Assembly (NCBI GenBank): GCA_020719045.1
Contig: DYQY01000002.1
Span: 70,437-134,436, forward strand
DNA: 64,000 nucleotides
Source: Candidatus Termititenax sp.
GTDB taxonomy: Bacteria > Margulisbacteria > Riflemargulisbacteria > GWF2-35-9 > DYQY01
Reading direction: 5' to 3'
The notes beneath the pieces are model-generated. The model was given only the letters and a program-made list of their open reading frames with translations, ran no database searches and was not told the origin of the DNA. Numbering within the stretch: position 1 is the first letter of the stretch; each line of letters opens with the position of its first letter. Below, piece by piece: positions 1 to 12,835 of this stretch. Made by a program: the position numbers and the translations under genes.

Positions 1-83
1 CTGGCACAGCCAATATAATATTATTGAATTTTAAGACTAATGCTAAAAGTAGAAATATATATTTCTTTTTCAAAGGGGCTATT

Positions 84-335
84 ATGGAACAACAATACTA
101 TGTCTATATACTCAAAAGCCTTAAAACTAATCATCTATATAAAGGATTTACAGAAAATCTTGAAAAAAGAGTTATTGAACACAATTTTGATAAATCTATT
201 CACACTGACAAAACTGATGGTCCATTTGAACTAATTTGGCATTGTTGCTTCAATGATAAATATAAAGCACTTGCTTTTGAAAAATATCTCAAAAGTGGTT
301 CTGGTAGAGCGTTTATTAACAAACACTTAATATAA
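84..335 (+). CDS. GIY-YIG nuclease family protein (small, stand-alone)
   Basis: YYVYILKS...LYKGFTENLEKRVIEHN...ALAFEKYLKSGSGR pattern; start moved to ATG 84 after AAGGGG RBS. Confidence 0.85.
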   Translation: MEQQYYVYILKSLKTNHLYKGFTENLEKRVIEHNFDKSIHTDKTDGPFELIWHCCFNDKYKALAFEKYLKSGSGRAFINKHLI

Positions 336-342
336 GTCCTGT

Positions 343-370
343 GTCCGCTGTAGCTTCAGCGAAAGCGGAC
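343..370. repeat. REP-like GC-rich imperfect palindrome
   Basis: GTCCGCTGTAGCTTCAGCGAAAGCGGAC: GTCCGCT/AGCGGAC arms directly after the GIY-YIG stop. Confidence 0.55.
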
Positions 371-445
371 TTGTGGGGCAGCCACACATATAAATAAACT
401 GATAAACTGATAAACAAATATACAAATAAACGCTATAATACCCCT

Positions 446-1072
446 ATGAAAAATTTATCATCAGAAGAGTTTCAGCAAAATGAAACACTTGGCACAATAG
501 ACAAAAGACACAGTACTAGGTTCTTTGCTAATAAAGAGGTAGACGATAAAGATATTATCCTTTTACTTAATGCTGCTAACAAAGCTCCTTCTGCACATAA
601 CCAACAATCATGGAAATTTATTGTAATTAAAGACCAAAAGAAAAAAGACCTTGCTGCCCTTATTGCAAACAGAGCTACAGACTTTCCAAGAACTTCAGCA
701 GTGCTACTTAGAATGGCATCAAGAAGCATTTCTAGTGCACCTGTTGTAATAGCAGTAGCTAACACCGGTGAACTTATTGACCATGGACGTGATTTATTTC
801 AAATAGATGAAGTAGACTCAGACTTATTTTTCCGAACAATGGAAATACAAAGCTCCTCTGCTGCAGTACAAAACTTACTACTTGCTGCTACTTCTATTGA
901 ATTAAGTACTGTTTGGTTAGGTGTTATGTATTTAATTAAAGATGAGGTTCTGGAACTATTAGAAGAACCTAAAGGCGAATTTATGGCTATTGTTCCTGTT
1001 GGTTATCCAGAAAAACCAGGCTCTAGTCCTAAAAAAAGACCAGTTGATTTAATTATTAAACAACTTAACTAA
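446..1072 (+). CDS. Nitroreductase family protein
   Basis: RHSTRFF, APSAHNQQSWKF, QNLLLAATSIELSTVW, VPVGYP motifs. Confidence 0.9.
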   Translation: MKNLSSEEFQQNETLGTIDKRHSTRFFANKEVDDKDIILLLNAANKAPSAHNQQSWKFIVIKDQKKKDLAALIANRATDFPRTSAVLLRMASRSISSAPVVIAVANTGELIDHGRDLFQIDEVDSDLFFRTMEIQSSSAAVQNLLLAATSIELSTVWLGVMYLIKDEVLELLEEPKGEFMAIVPVGYPEKPGSSPKKRPVDLIIKQLN

Positions 1073-1085
1073 TAAGAATATATTT

Positions 1086-1625
1086 ATGGCACTTAATTCA
1101 ACTATTTATAAAGTAATACTAGAAATCTCGGATATGGACAGGCATTACTATAAACAACACAAACTTACACTAGCAAAGCACCCTTCAGAAACTGATGAAA
1201 GACTGATGGTAAGAATACTTACCTTTGCTATGTTTGCAGATGATGAACTTAATTTTGGTAAAGATATTAATGCAGATGACGAACCAGCTCTGTATATTAA
1301 TGATTTCACTGGTGCTAGTAAGCTTTGGATAGAACTTGGTCAACCTAGCGAAAGAATCATCCGAAAAGCCTGCAATAAATCAAATAAAGTTATTCTAATT
1401 ATATATGGAAAAAGTCCAGAACTATGGTGGAAAAACAATCAAAATGAATTTAAACTTAAAAACAATCTACAAGTAATACTTCTAAAAACAGAAGAAACCA
1501 GTAACCTAGCAACAATAGCAGACAGAACAATGAATCTTACTTGTACAGTTGAAGACGGACAAATAACAGTTATAAATGAAACAAAATCAGTAGCAATCCA
1601 ACCAGTTGAATTAAAAAAAGTCTAA
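1086..1625 (+). CDS. yaeQ: YaeQ family protein
   Basis: MALNSTIYK...DMDRHYY...HPSETDERLMVR...DEPALY...WIELGQP signature. Confidence 0.9.
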   Translation: MALNSTIYKVILEISDMDRHYYKQHKLTLAKHPSETDERLMVRILTFAMFADDELNFGKDINADDEPALYINDFTGASKLWIELGQPSERIIRKACNKSNKVILIIYGKSPELWWKNNQNEFKLKNNLQVILLKTEETSNLATIADRTMNLTCTVEDGQITVINETKSVAIQPVELKKV

Positions 1626-1631
1626 ATAACT

Positions 1632-2033
1632 TTATCCAAAGAATACTTTAAGTTCTCTTTGTGCACTTTCAATAGAGTCAGAAGAATGAACAACATTTCT
1701 ATTGGTAGAAGTAGCATATCTTGCTCGTATTGTTCCAGGAGCAGCTACAAGTGGATTAGTTGCACCACACAACCTTCTTACATCTGCAATTGCATTCTCG
1801 CCAATTATCTCTATCGCATATAACGGACCTGAAGTAATAAACTGCATTAAATCTTCAAAGAACGGTTTTCCATCATGCTCACCATAATGTTCATATGCTT
1901 TTTCAAAGGTTAATGTCATAAGTTTTAATTGTTTTATCTCTAACTCAGTATGACTTTCAAACATATCTAAAATATTCGCAACAACTCTACGTTTCACCGC
2001 ATCAGGTTTAATCAGAACTAATGTTGTTTCCAT
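1632..2033 (-). CDS. ndk: Nucleoside diphosphate kinase
   Basis: LIKPDAV, HYGEH, GATNP, PGTIRA, NVVHSSDS. Confidence 0.97.
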   Translation of the reverse strand: METTLVLIKPDAVKRRVVANILDMFESHTELEIKQLKLMTLTFEKAYEHYGEHDGKPFFEDLMQFITSGPLYAIEIIGENAIADVRRLCGATNPLVAAPGTIRARYATSTNRNVVHSSDSIESAQRELKVFFG

Positions 2034-3421
2034 TTATACCCCCTTATTCTCTGCCATATTAAGTCTTGCGTTATCAATCTGTGTTTCAATACTCTTCAAA
2101 GAAGTTCCGCCATAACTATCTCGTGAATCGACACTGCAAAAAACATTCAATTTACTCAAAATATCATCACAAAATAAATCAGAAAACTGTCTAAATTCAT
2201 CATAAGATAATACTACTAAATCTTTATGACTATCCTCACAATATCTAACAATTTTACCAACCACTGAATGAGCTTCTCTAAAAGGCATACCTTTTAATAC
2301 TAAATAGTCAGCAATATCAGTGGCAAGCAAATAACCTTTATTAATCTTATCAGATAGCAATTCACGATTAAACTCCAGTGTGTTTAAGCAACCTATATTT
2401 ACCCTTAAAACCTGTTCTACCGTATCAACGGCTTCAAAAAATAAATGCTTATCCTCTTGCAAATCTCTGTTATATCCCATAGGCAAAGACTTAAGAGTTG
2501 TAATCATTCCTATCAATGAACCAACTACCCTACCAGTTTTTCCTCTAGTTAATTCATAAACATCAGGATTCTTTTTCTGTGGCATAATTGATGAGCCAGT
2601 TGTGTATGCATCACTTAATTTAACAAAACCAAATTCTTCTGATGTCCAAATAATCATATCCTCACTTAATCTAGAAAAATGTAGCATGATTGAATTCAAA
2701 CAATACAGAATATCCAAAACGTAGTCCCTATCTGCCACGCTATCAAGCGAATTGGCCGTAGGTTGCCTCATATTCAATTCTTCAGCGATTTTGAACCTAT
2801 CTATCCCATAAGGACTGCCAGCAAGCGCTCCTGCCCCTAATGGCACTTCTCTTAAAAATTTCTTAAAAAACTTTAATTTCTCTAAATCTCTCAAAAACAT
2901 TTCATGATAGGCAAGAAAATACAAACTAGCCCTAATTGGCTGCGCTTTCTGCAAATGCGTATACCCAGGCATGACAACATCTTTATTCTGCTCTGCTTTG
3001 TTAATCAACGAAACCAATAATTCCTTAAGTAACAGTATTACAGTATCTACTCTATTCAAAATAGTAAGTTTAAAAGCTGTAACAACCTGGTCATTACGAC
3101 TTCTCCCAGTATGAATCTTCTTTCCCGTATCGCCAAGTTTATCTGTAAGATACTTCTCGATATTCATATGGATATCTTCCAACTTATCATCTGGAATAAA
3201 AGTTCCATTATCTCGCTCTTTTTGTAGCTGGTCTAAAACACCCTCTAAATTCTCAGCTTCTTCATGGGTAACAATCGCTTTGTCCCTTAATTGATGCAAA
3301 TGAGCTTTGGTAGCTAATATATCTGCTTTAAATAAATGGATATCATCTTGCAGTGACGAAGTGAATTTCTCTACATCAAGGTTTGTTTCCTCAGAGAATC
3401 TTCCGCCCCAAATCTTTTCGC

Positions 3422-3425
<4 letters not shown>
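2034..3425 (-). CDS. argH: Argininosuccinate lyase
   Basis: [33 protein letters not shown]. Confidence 0.98.
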
Positions 3426-5874
<2,449 letters not shown>

Positions 5875-5902
5875 TTATTTATTTCTTCCAAATATTTTTA
5901 TA

Positions 5903-6078
5903 TACCCCACCGTGCCGTGTGCTTACTTGTCTCTGAACCAGAACAATTCAGAGTGGGTCAGACCGAAGTCTGTTCTAAAACTGACTAAAATGAACCGCAA
6001 TCCATTTCAAGTACAGCTCCCGTATTTTTTATGTTGGCTCATCTCTCAATAAACATCACCAACACGGTCGGGCGAAAT
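5903..6078 (-). ncRNA. ssrS: 6S RNA (SsrS)
   Basis: Minus strand reads CCCGACCGTGTTGG...GAGCCAACA...GGGAGC...TTGAA...GCGGTT...CCCAC...GGTTCAG...CGGCACGGTGGG; the ends pair into a long closing stem; about 175 nt; motif order typical of 6S RNA; boundaries approximate. Confidence 0.8.
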
Positions 6079-6155
6079 GCCAATTTATATAGCAATCATA
6101 ACATTTATTATACAGAATGTTAATTGTTTTATTACCTTCAAAATCTCTAAACTTA

Positions 6156-7250
6156 TTAATATGTTTTTCTTCTGTATAACCAGAAAAAAATTAGTATACA
6201 AAGGAAGAACAACAATGGGAACCAGGCAGCTAAAAATGGATTAAACAACCCACCTATACCCATAGCCCTTGTATATGCGGACAAGAAGAACAATAGTGCT
6301 ATGCTTATTAAAGAACCAACAATGCTAAAAATAATTCCCCACACATCTTTAGAGGACTTAACAAAAATTAAAACAAAAACAACACCAAGAAGTGCAAATA
6401 CTAAATTAACCGCTGATGAGGAAAACTTAAAATAATACTCGACCATCATAGCTTTTGGATCTAATCCTGCTCTTTTAAGAGATACAATGTTTTCCCTTAT
6501 CTGAAAAGAGCTCATCTCTTTTGGATTTCTTAACTTCATATAATTATTATCCATATCGTAACTAAGCTTAATCTTCATTTCATCAAACCCTGCTTCAAAA
6601 CTCAAGAAACCATCAGCTTCAAAATTATACGTTTTACCATCAATTAATTGCCAATAAGTATCTGTCCATATGGCCTTTTTAGCAGATATTACTTTTGGAG
6701 CGTTACCACCAACATCATAGATAAGGATGTCCTGCATATCGCTTCTATTCTTATTTACCTTCTTCACGTAAACATACTTGTCATCAGTATCCTTAAAGAA
6801 AACGTTCTCTTCTATCATTGGGATACTTTCCTTCAAAATAAGTCTATGAATCATAGTATTTGACCTATAGTTTGTTACTGGAACTACATATTCACTTAAT
6901 AAAAAAGATAAAGAAACGACCATACATGCAAAAACAAAGAAAGGAGCCAATACCCTTTCATAGATGATTCCTGATGTCCAATATATCTGGATTTCATTAT
7001 CATTTATCATTCTAAACATAACTAACATTACAGAAAAAAGTGAAGCAATAGGCAAAAAAAGAACAATAATTGCTGGTATTTTGTATACAAGCAACTTAAT
7101 GAGAACTAGTGGACTAATCCCTCTATTAACAACATATTCCATAAGGGAAAAAATAACATCGGCTATGCCGATTAAAACTAAAGCAAAAACCGCTACCAAA
7201 AAAGGAAGAAATAATTCCCTTAAAAAATAGCGGTCTATGATTTTAAACAT
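6156..7250 (-). CDS. LptF/LptG family LPS export permease
   Basis: IIDRYFLRELFLPF start, 3 TM + periplasmic beta region + 3 TM, PFLAAWFP end. Confidence 0.88.
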   Translation of the reverse strand: MFKIIDRYFLRELFLPFLVAVFALVLIGIADVIFSLMEYVVNRGISPLVLIKLLVYKIPAIIVLFLPIASLFSVMLVMFRMINDNEIQIYWTSGIIYERVLAPFFVFACMVVSLSFLLSEYVVPVTNYRSNTMIHRLILKESIPMIEENVFFKDTDDKYVYVKKVNKNRSDMQDILIYDVGGNAPKVISAKKAIWTDTYWQLIDGKTYNFEADGFLSFEAGFDEMKIKLSYDMDNNYMKLRNPKEMSSFQIRENIVSLKRAGLDPKAMMVEYYFKFSSSAVNLVFALLGVVFVLIFVKSSKDVWGIIFSIVGSLISIALLFFLSAYTRAMGIGGLFNPFLAAWFPLLFFLCILIFFWLYRRKTY

Positions 7251-7254
7251 TAAT

Positions 7255-7452
7255 CTACCAATTATCCTTCGCCTGTTGAGATTTATTCCTTCTAACAGCC
7301 GCCTTTTTGTTTCTTTTATTTACAATAGAAGGTTTTTCATAAAATTCTCTACTTTTTACTTCGAGCAATATACCTTCTTCTTTAACTTTACGTTTAAATT
7401 TTCTAAGTACCTTTTCAATAGGTTCATCTGGGTTTCTTTTAAATTCTGCCAC
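7255..7452 (-). CDS. rpsU: 30S ribosomal protein S21
   Basis: EPIEKVLRKFKRKV...REFYEKPS; GTG start at 7452 with GGAGGTG SD. Confidence 0.92.
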   Translation of the reverse strand: MAEFKRNPDEPIEKVLRKFKRKVKEEGILLEVKSREFYEKPSIVNKRNKKAAVRRNKSQQAKDNW

Positions 7453-7559
7453 GACTTCTTCACCTCCCATCCTAATCTTGTAACTAACAACTACACTCTA
7501 ATTAAACTATATTTTCATCAAAAACTCTACTTATGATTTTATAAATAAACAGTATTTTT

Positions 7560-7892
7560 TTATCCTGGAGGCCACTCAAACTGTCTCTTACCCATAACAT
7601 GAAAATGAACATGATCAACTGTTTGCTGACCATATTTACCACAGTTATTTACTACCCTAAAACCTTCTTCAAGGTCATGCTCTTCAGCAATAATCTGAAT
7701 AGCACTTGTTATTTCAACCATGATTCCTGGATCAATTGTTAATATAGAAGTATAATGTTCCTTTGGAAGTACTAAACAATGAAATGGTGCTACAGGATTA
7801 ATATCCATAACAGCAATAACATTGGTACTCTGGAAAATAATAGTTGAAGACATCTCTTTGTTTACTATCTTACAAAAAATACAATCACTCAT
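7560..7892 (-). CDS. HIT (histidine triad) nucleotide-binding protein
   Basis: DCIFCKI, DINPVAPFH, QTVDHVHFHV, WPPG. Confidence 0.95.
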   Translation of the reverse strand: MSDCIFCKIVNKEMSSTIIFQSTNVIAVMDINPVAPFHCLVLPKEHYTSILTIDPGIMVEITSAIQIIAEEHDLEEGFRVVNNCGKYGQQTVDHVHFHVMGKRQFEWPPG

Positions 7893-8643
7893 ATATAAAC
7901 TCCCCATCTTGATAATTATCTAACTCATATGATAAGCAACATTTTAATCGCCCACAACAACCTGACAACTTGGGAATATTAATTGATAATCCTTGTTCCT
8001 TTGCCATCTTTACAGTTACAGTTGAACCTTTATTCCAGTCAACGCAACACAGGGTTTTCCCGCAATCACCAACTCCACCAAATAACTTCGCCTCTCCTCT
8101 GCTGCCAACTTCTCTTAACTCTACTTTAGCCTTTAGATGCTGAGAAAGGTCTAATGTAAATGGCTGGAAATTATTCTTCCTTGGTTTGTTTTGTTTATCT
8201 TTCTTATTATCAATCTCTTCTCTTTTATAATAAAAAATATACCTATGTCCCTCAAATATCTTTTCTACTTTAAAAAACTTAACAGTTAAATTGTGTTGAT
8301 GCTTTTTCTTGATGCACTGAATAAAGGCTTCAGTTTCATCATCCTTCAGTCTACTGTATACTTCATCATCTTCAGGAGTTGCCACTCTAACAATTCTTTT
8401 AACTAGGATTTCACCTTTTTGCTCTGTTTTCATATTTGGCAATTCTTTTCTTAAGGCTATTTCTCCGTATTCAAGACCACGTGTAGTCTCGACAACAACC
8501 TTCTGACCTAGAAGAACAGGAATTTGTATCCTTAGAATAGGATAAACTTTATCAAAAAAACGAAATTTTACTCCAAAATATAGAGACCCTTCACTAGGTT
8601 TCTTATTATCTTTCTCAGGATTACTATTATTTATACTCTCCAT
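7885..8643 (-). CDS. PSP1/RicT (YaaT)-family Fe-S regulatory protein
   Basis: VVVETTRGLEYG, GGVGDCGKTLCC, KMAKEQGLS, KLSGCCGRLKCCLSYE. Confidence 0.9.
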   Translation of the reverse strand: MESINNSNPEKDNKKPSEGSLYFGVKFRFFDKVYPILRIQIPVLLGQKVVVETTRGLEYGEIALRKELPNMKTEQKGEILVKRIVRVATPEDDEVYSRLKDDETEAFIQCIKKKHQHNLTVKFFKVEKIFEGHRYIFYYKREEIDNKKDKQNKPRKNNFQPFTLDLSQHLKAKVELREVGSRGEAKLFGGVGDCGKTLCCVDWNKGSTVTVKMAKEQGLSINIPKLSGCCGRLKCCLSYELDNYQDGEFIYE

Positions 8644-8644
8644 G

Positions 8645-9475
8645 TTATCCCTTCATTTCTATTAGCATTAATACCAAATTATTATCAACACTCACAGGAC
8701 GATTCAAATACAAATGATATTTTCTTACAATCCCAGACAAATGCAAGAATTTATTTATACTAGTACGCTTAAACAGTTCTAGGTAATAAGATTCAAGCTT
8801 AATCAAAAAATCTTTAACCTCTGACCTGTCAAACTTATTCTCTTCAACATACAAAAGCAATTCATGAACAGTATTATTCTCTATAAAATCATTGAATTTG
8901 TCCACAGAAATAAACTTAGAAATCTCTTGAGTTAGCTCTAAATCATTCTTATATCCAAATATTATTACTTGAGACCTAGACCTAATTGTTGATAAAAGAG
9001 AATACTTATTTGCAACATCAAAAACAAAAACAACTTTATCTGGAATATCTTCTAATATTTTCAACAATCCATTTAGCGCAACTGGTGTTAAGTCTTCAGC
9101 GTGATCAATATACACAAGCAAATAACCTTGATATGAACCACTTAAAATTTCCAACCTAAGTTCACGAATATCGTCAGCAGAAATACTCTTCTTTTTAGTC
9201 TCCTTTTCGGAATCTGCTTCACTTTCTTTTGAGATAAGTTTAAAAGAATGAAACTTACCATCGTTAATTGCTTTGCAGTTACTACATTTATTACATGGCC
9301 TCACTTCTCCAGTACAGTTCAATACTGAAGCAAGATATTTTGACATATGTAATTTTGATTCTCTATCCGTTCCAGCAAAAATATAACTCGGAAAAACCTT
9401 ACCATTAATAACAGAGTTATCAATCATTTGCTTCACCCCATCATTTAAAACTGGATTAAGCAAAGTATTTATCAT
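8645..9475 (-). CDS. holB: DNA polymerase III delta' subunit
   Basis: Zn motif C...PCNKCSNC, NGLLKILED, LLSTIRSR; follows tmk. Confidence 0.85.
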   Translation of the reverse strand: MINTLLNPVLNDGVKQMIDNSVINGKVFPSYIFAGTDRESKLHMSKYLASVLNCTGEVRPCNKCSNCKAINDGKFHSFKLISKESEADSEKETKKKSISADDIRELRLEILSGSYQGYLLVYIDHAEDLTPVALNGLLKILEDIPDKVVFVFDVANKYSLLSTIRSRSQVIIFGYKNDLELTQEISKFISVDKFNDFIENNTVHELLLYVEENKFDRSEVKDFLIKLESYYLELFKRTSINKFLHLSGIVRKYHLYLNRPVSVDNNLVLMLIEMKG

Positions 9476-10094
9476 TAATCACCTTTTGTACTTGTTCACT
9501 TACAAAACTCACAGTTGAATTTGTAGTGTTAATTAGTTTAATTCTATCTGGTTCACTCTTTTGGATTTCTAAATAAGTATTTCTAATTAATGCATGAAAT
9601 GCTGAACTTTCATTCTCAAACCTATCTGTAGCTATCTTAGTTGCCCTTTTTATACCAATCTCATAATCTACGTCTAACAAAATTGTCAGCTCAGGAACTA
9701 AACCATAGGCAGAAAAATTATTTAAGTAATCTATAAGATCCCTAGAAAAACCTCTTCCTCCAACCTGATAAGCAACCGTCGAGTCAATAAATCTATCGCA
9801 CAAAACAAAGGTTCCCTTTTTTAGGGCTGGCATCACTATTTCTTTAATGTGCTGTGCTCTGTCTGCTTGAAAAAGCAATAATTCAGTTCTATCTCCTATT
9901 GAAATATCATAAGGACTTAGTATCATTCCTCGTATTTCACCACCTAGTTTTGTGCCACCAGGCTCTCTAGTTACAAGAACTTGTTTACCTTTGCTTTTCA
10001 AGTATTCGGATAATCTGTGTATTTGAGTTGATTTACCGCCACCTTCTGGTCCCTCAAAAGTAATAAAATTTCCACTATAGCTCTTTTTTACCAT
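9456..10094 (-). CDS. tmk: Thymidylate kinase
   Basis: FITFEGPEGGGKSTQ, TREPGGT, CDRFIDSTVAYQ. Confidence 0.97.
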   Translation of the reverse strand: MVKKSYSGNFITFEGPEGGGKSTQIHRLSEYLKSKGKQVLVTREPGGTKLGGEIRGMILSPYDISIGDRTELLLFQADRAQHIKEIVMPALKKGTFVLCDRFIDSTVAYQVGGRGFSRDLIDYLNNFSAYGLVPELTILLDVDYEIGIKRATKIATDRFENESSAFHALIRNTYLEIQKSEPDRIKLINTTNSTVSFVSEQVQKVINDKYFA

Positions 10095-11574
10095 ATATTT
10101 TCACTCTCCTATTAGGCTCTTTACCTACACTTTGACTCACAAATCCTTGTGCGAAAATCAACTGATGTTGAAATCTGCGCACAAACGAATTAGCTACCGG
10201 CAATTCTATTGGAATTGAAGTTTTTTTGTATTTCTTAATTGCTGAAAAAACAATATCCTCAGCCTCTTCTGTTTCTGATGAACCACCGATTCTAAAAAAG
10301 AATCTTAAAAATTTCGACAACTGAGGAAAGGTAGAAGACTTAACAGTATGAATAGGAATATCATGTGCCTTCCCATACTTTTCTATTGCCGAACTTCTTT
10401 TTAAACTTGACTTAGTAGTCACTATAACATCGGCATCTTCTGGTCGATTAACAATAGCACCCGCAAGACCTAAAGAATCAAGAGCTAATTCAAAATTTGC
10501 TCTATTAATTGAAAAGATAAAAAACTTTACTGCATTACTGTTATCAACTACATCTGTATCTTCTATAGGCAAAATCTCCTCCAACTCAACTGCCAGAGAA
10601 CCATCTTCCTTAATAATTCTAATTTCAGGCGAAACAGGTTTAGACCTCAACATGAAATCTATCTGAGACGCCACATCTTTGTAACAATGAAGATTAGCCC
10701 TATCCTTGATCTCAATAACTATATCAAAAGTTGGCTTTGCTGCCCTTTCAAGGATAGTCTTCTGCGTTCCTCTTCTTTTTGCTTCTTCGTCACCTAGAGT
10801 AGCAGTCTCAATACCACCTATTAAGTCTGATAAAGTTGGATTCTTAATCAAATTATTAAGCGTTTGTCCATGAGCGGTTGCAATCAGCTGAACGCCTCTT
10901 TCTGCAATAGTTCTTGCAGCCTTAGCTTCAGCCTCTGTACCAATCTCATCTATTATTATTACTTCTGGCATATGATTCTCAACTGCTTCAATCATAACCT
11001 GGTGTTGCATATCTACGTTCTTAACTTGCATTCTTCGTGCATCACCAATACCAGGGTGAGGAATATCTCCTTCACCAGCAATCTCATTTGACGTATCAAC
11101 AATAATTACTCTTTTCCCTTTATCAGCAAGCAATCTAGCCGACTCCCTTAACTTCGTTGTCTTTCCACTACCAGGCGGACCAAGCAACAATATTGACTGG
11201 TCAGTCCCTAATAAATCCTGAATAACAGTAGCAGAACCGTAGATTGCCCGACCTACTCTTATAGTTAATCCGATGACAACATCTTGCCTATTTCTAATAG
11301 CAGATATCCTATGGAGTGTTCTATCTAAACCAGCCCTATTATCAGAAGAAAACATGGCCAATTTACCAACCACAGAATTAATATCCTCCATAGTTGCAAC
11401 GTGTTCTAACTTATGCGTTTTCTTTTCTTCTCTAATTTCAATATTTCTTCCAAAATCGATAATTATTTCATCAACCTTAGCTAAATCACACTTCTTTTTG
11501 ATTATATCAACAATAAATTTAGGTAATATCTCAAATAACTTATATAAATCTTGTAAGTTTGTTGTGCTTTCCAT
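10075..11574 (-). CDS. Ycf45/SpoIIIAA-like AAA ATPase with C-terminal R3H domain
   Basis: DNRAGLDRTLHRIS, GPPGSGKTTKLRE, AVENHMPEVIIIDEIG, C-terminal RRFQH...SVGKEPNRRV. Confidence 0.88.
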   Translation of the reverse strand: MESTTNLQDLYKLFEILPKFIVDIIKKKCDLAKVDEIIIDFGRNIEIREEKKTHKLEHVATMEDINSVVGKLAMFSSDNRAGLDRTLHRISAIRNRQDVVIGLTIRVGRAIYGSATVIQDLLGTDQSILLLGPPGSGKTTKLRESARLLADKGKRVIIVDTSNEIAGEGDIPHPGIGDARRMQVKNVDMQHQVMIEAVENHMPEVIIIDEIGTEAEAKAARTIAERGVQLIATAHGQTLNNLIKNPTLSDLIGGIETATLGDEEAKRRGTQKTILERAAKPTFDIVIEIKDRANLHCYKDVASQIDFMLRSKPVSPEIRIIKEDGSLAVELEEILPIEDTDVVDNSNAVKFFIFSINRANFELALDSLGLAGAIVNRPEDADVIVTTKSSLKRSSAIEKYGKAHDIPIHTVKSSTFPQLSKFLRFFFRIGGSSETEEAEDIVFSAIKKYKKTSIPIELPVANSFVRRFQHQLIFAQGFVSQSVGKEPNRRVKIYGKKEL

Positions 11575-11846
11575 TAATTCACAGCTTTCTTTAGTTCGCT
11601 TCCTGCCTTAAATCCAACATAATTACTTGAAGGAACAATAATCTTATCATGGTTAATCGGGCTCCTACCTTCCCTAGCGTCCCTATGCCTTACCTCAAAT
11701 GAACCAAATCCTACAATACCAACAGACTCACCTCTACGAAGAGAATCAATTATTTCATCGAAACATACCTCAACCAATAAAGAGACATCCTTTTTTGAAA
11801 TATCAACCCTTTCAGTAATCCTATCTATCAATACCTTTTTATTCAT
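11574..11846 (-). CDS. hup: HU family DNA-binding protein
   Basis: GFGSFEV, REGRSP, FKAGSELK. Confidence 0.9.
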   Translation of the reverse strand: MNKKVLIDRITERVDISKKDVSLLVEVCFDEIIDSLRRGESVGIVGFGSFEVRHRDAREGRSPINHDKIIVPSSNYVGFKAGSELKKAVN

Positions 11847-12444
11847 TTAAATGTTTCCTTCCCTCAAAGGCCTTATGCAACGTTAAATGGTCTGCCCATT
11901 CAAGCTCACCACCAACAGGGATACCATAAGCGAGCTGTGTAATCTTAAGATTAAAAGGTGCTAGTAAACGCTTTAAATATAAAGCAGTTGTTTCACCTTC
12001 AACTGTTGGCTTAATTGCAAAAATTATTTCATCAAAACTATCATCTTCTAACCTATGAAGTAGTTCTCTAATCCTCAAACTATCTGGACCAATACCATCT
12101 AACGGAGATATAACGCCTCCCAAGACATGATACATGCCCTTATATTTACCCATACCTTCAACTGCGAGGAGATCTTTCTGATCACTGACAACACAAAGTT
12201 TCTTATGATCCCTTGTTTTATCGTTACAAAGAGAACAACCATCTTCTACATTCATAAAACTATAGCAACATTCACAGTAGGAAACTTTATCTCCAATTTC
12301 CTCAATCATTTTTGCTATAGATTTAACTTCATCCTTTGGAAGACTTAATAAATAAAAAGATAATCGCTGAGCTGTTCTTTTGCCAATGCCTGGCATCTTA
12401 GAAAATTCATGGATTAAATCACCTAACGGATTAGTATATTCCAA
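11839..12444 (-). CDS. recR: Recombination protein RecR
   Basis: PGIGKRTAQRL HhH, C4 Zn finger, YHVLGGVISPLDGIGP Toprim. Confidence 0.97.
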   Translation of the reverse strand: MEYTNPLGDLIHEFSKMPGIGKRTAQRLSFYLLSLPKDEVKSIAKMIEEIGDKVSYCECCYSFMNVEDGCSLCNDKTRDHKKLCVVSDQKDLLAVEGMGKYKGMYHVLGGVISPLDGIGPDSLRIRELLHRLEDDSFDEIIFAIKPTVEGETTALYLKRLLAPFNLKITQLAYGIPVGGELEWADHLTLHKAFEGRKHLNE

Positions 12445-12445
12445 T

Positions 12446-12733
12446 CTATCCCAACCCCGGAATATTTAATCCTTGGAATTGACCAGCAGACTTCATAGTG
12501 ACTTCCTGAAATGCCTTGTTAACAGTTTCTTTTATCAAATCAGCAGCTTTTCTTGGGTCCAAACCCTCTGCAATCTTTAAATCCTTTATCTTCATTTCAC
12601 CCGTCATAACAACAGTAACTTCATTGTTTCTAGAACTCACTTCAATACTAATCTTCTTAAGTTCTTTCATCTGCTTACGAAGATCACCTAATTGTTTCAT
12701 CATATCGCCCATGTTACCCATATTTCCAAACAT
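12446..12733 (-). CDS. ybaB: YbaB/EbfC nucleoid-associated protein
   Basis: Met/Gly-rich N-terminus, VTVVMTG, IPGL end; conserved position upstream of recR. Confidence 0.85.
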   Translation of the reverse strand: MFGNMGNMGDMMKQLGDLRKQMKELKKISIEVSSRNNEVTVVMTGEMKIKDLKIAEGLDPRKAADLIKETVNKAFQEVTMKSAGQFQGLNIPGLG

Positions 12734-12835
12734 ACAATACCTCCAAAATTAATTATAAATTAATACTATTATAGCTTTTTCAATGAAAAAATTAAAACAC
12801 AAATATATGTAGAAAATACGATAGGTATAATTAAA

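Noticed and set aside
12795..12830. TACGATAG sigma28-like -10 on the plus strand
   Set aside because: No plus-strand gene follows (it would be antisense to flhG) and the -35 is poor.
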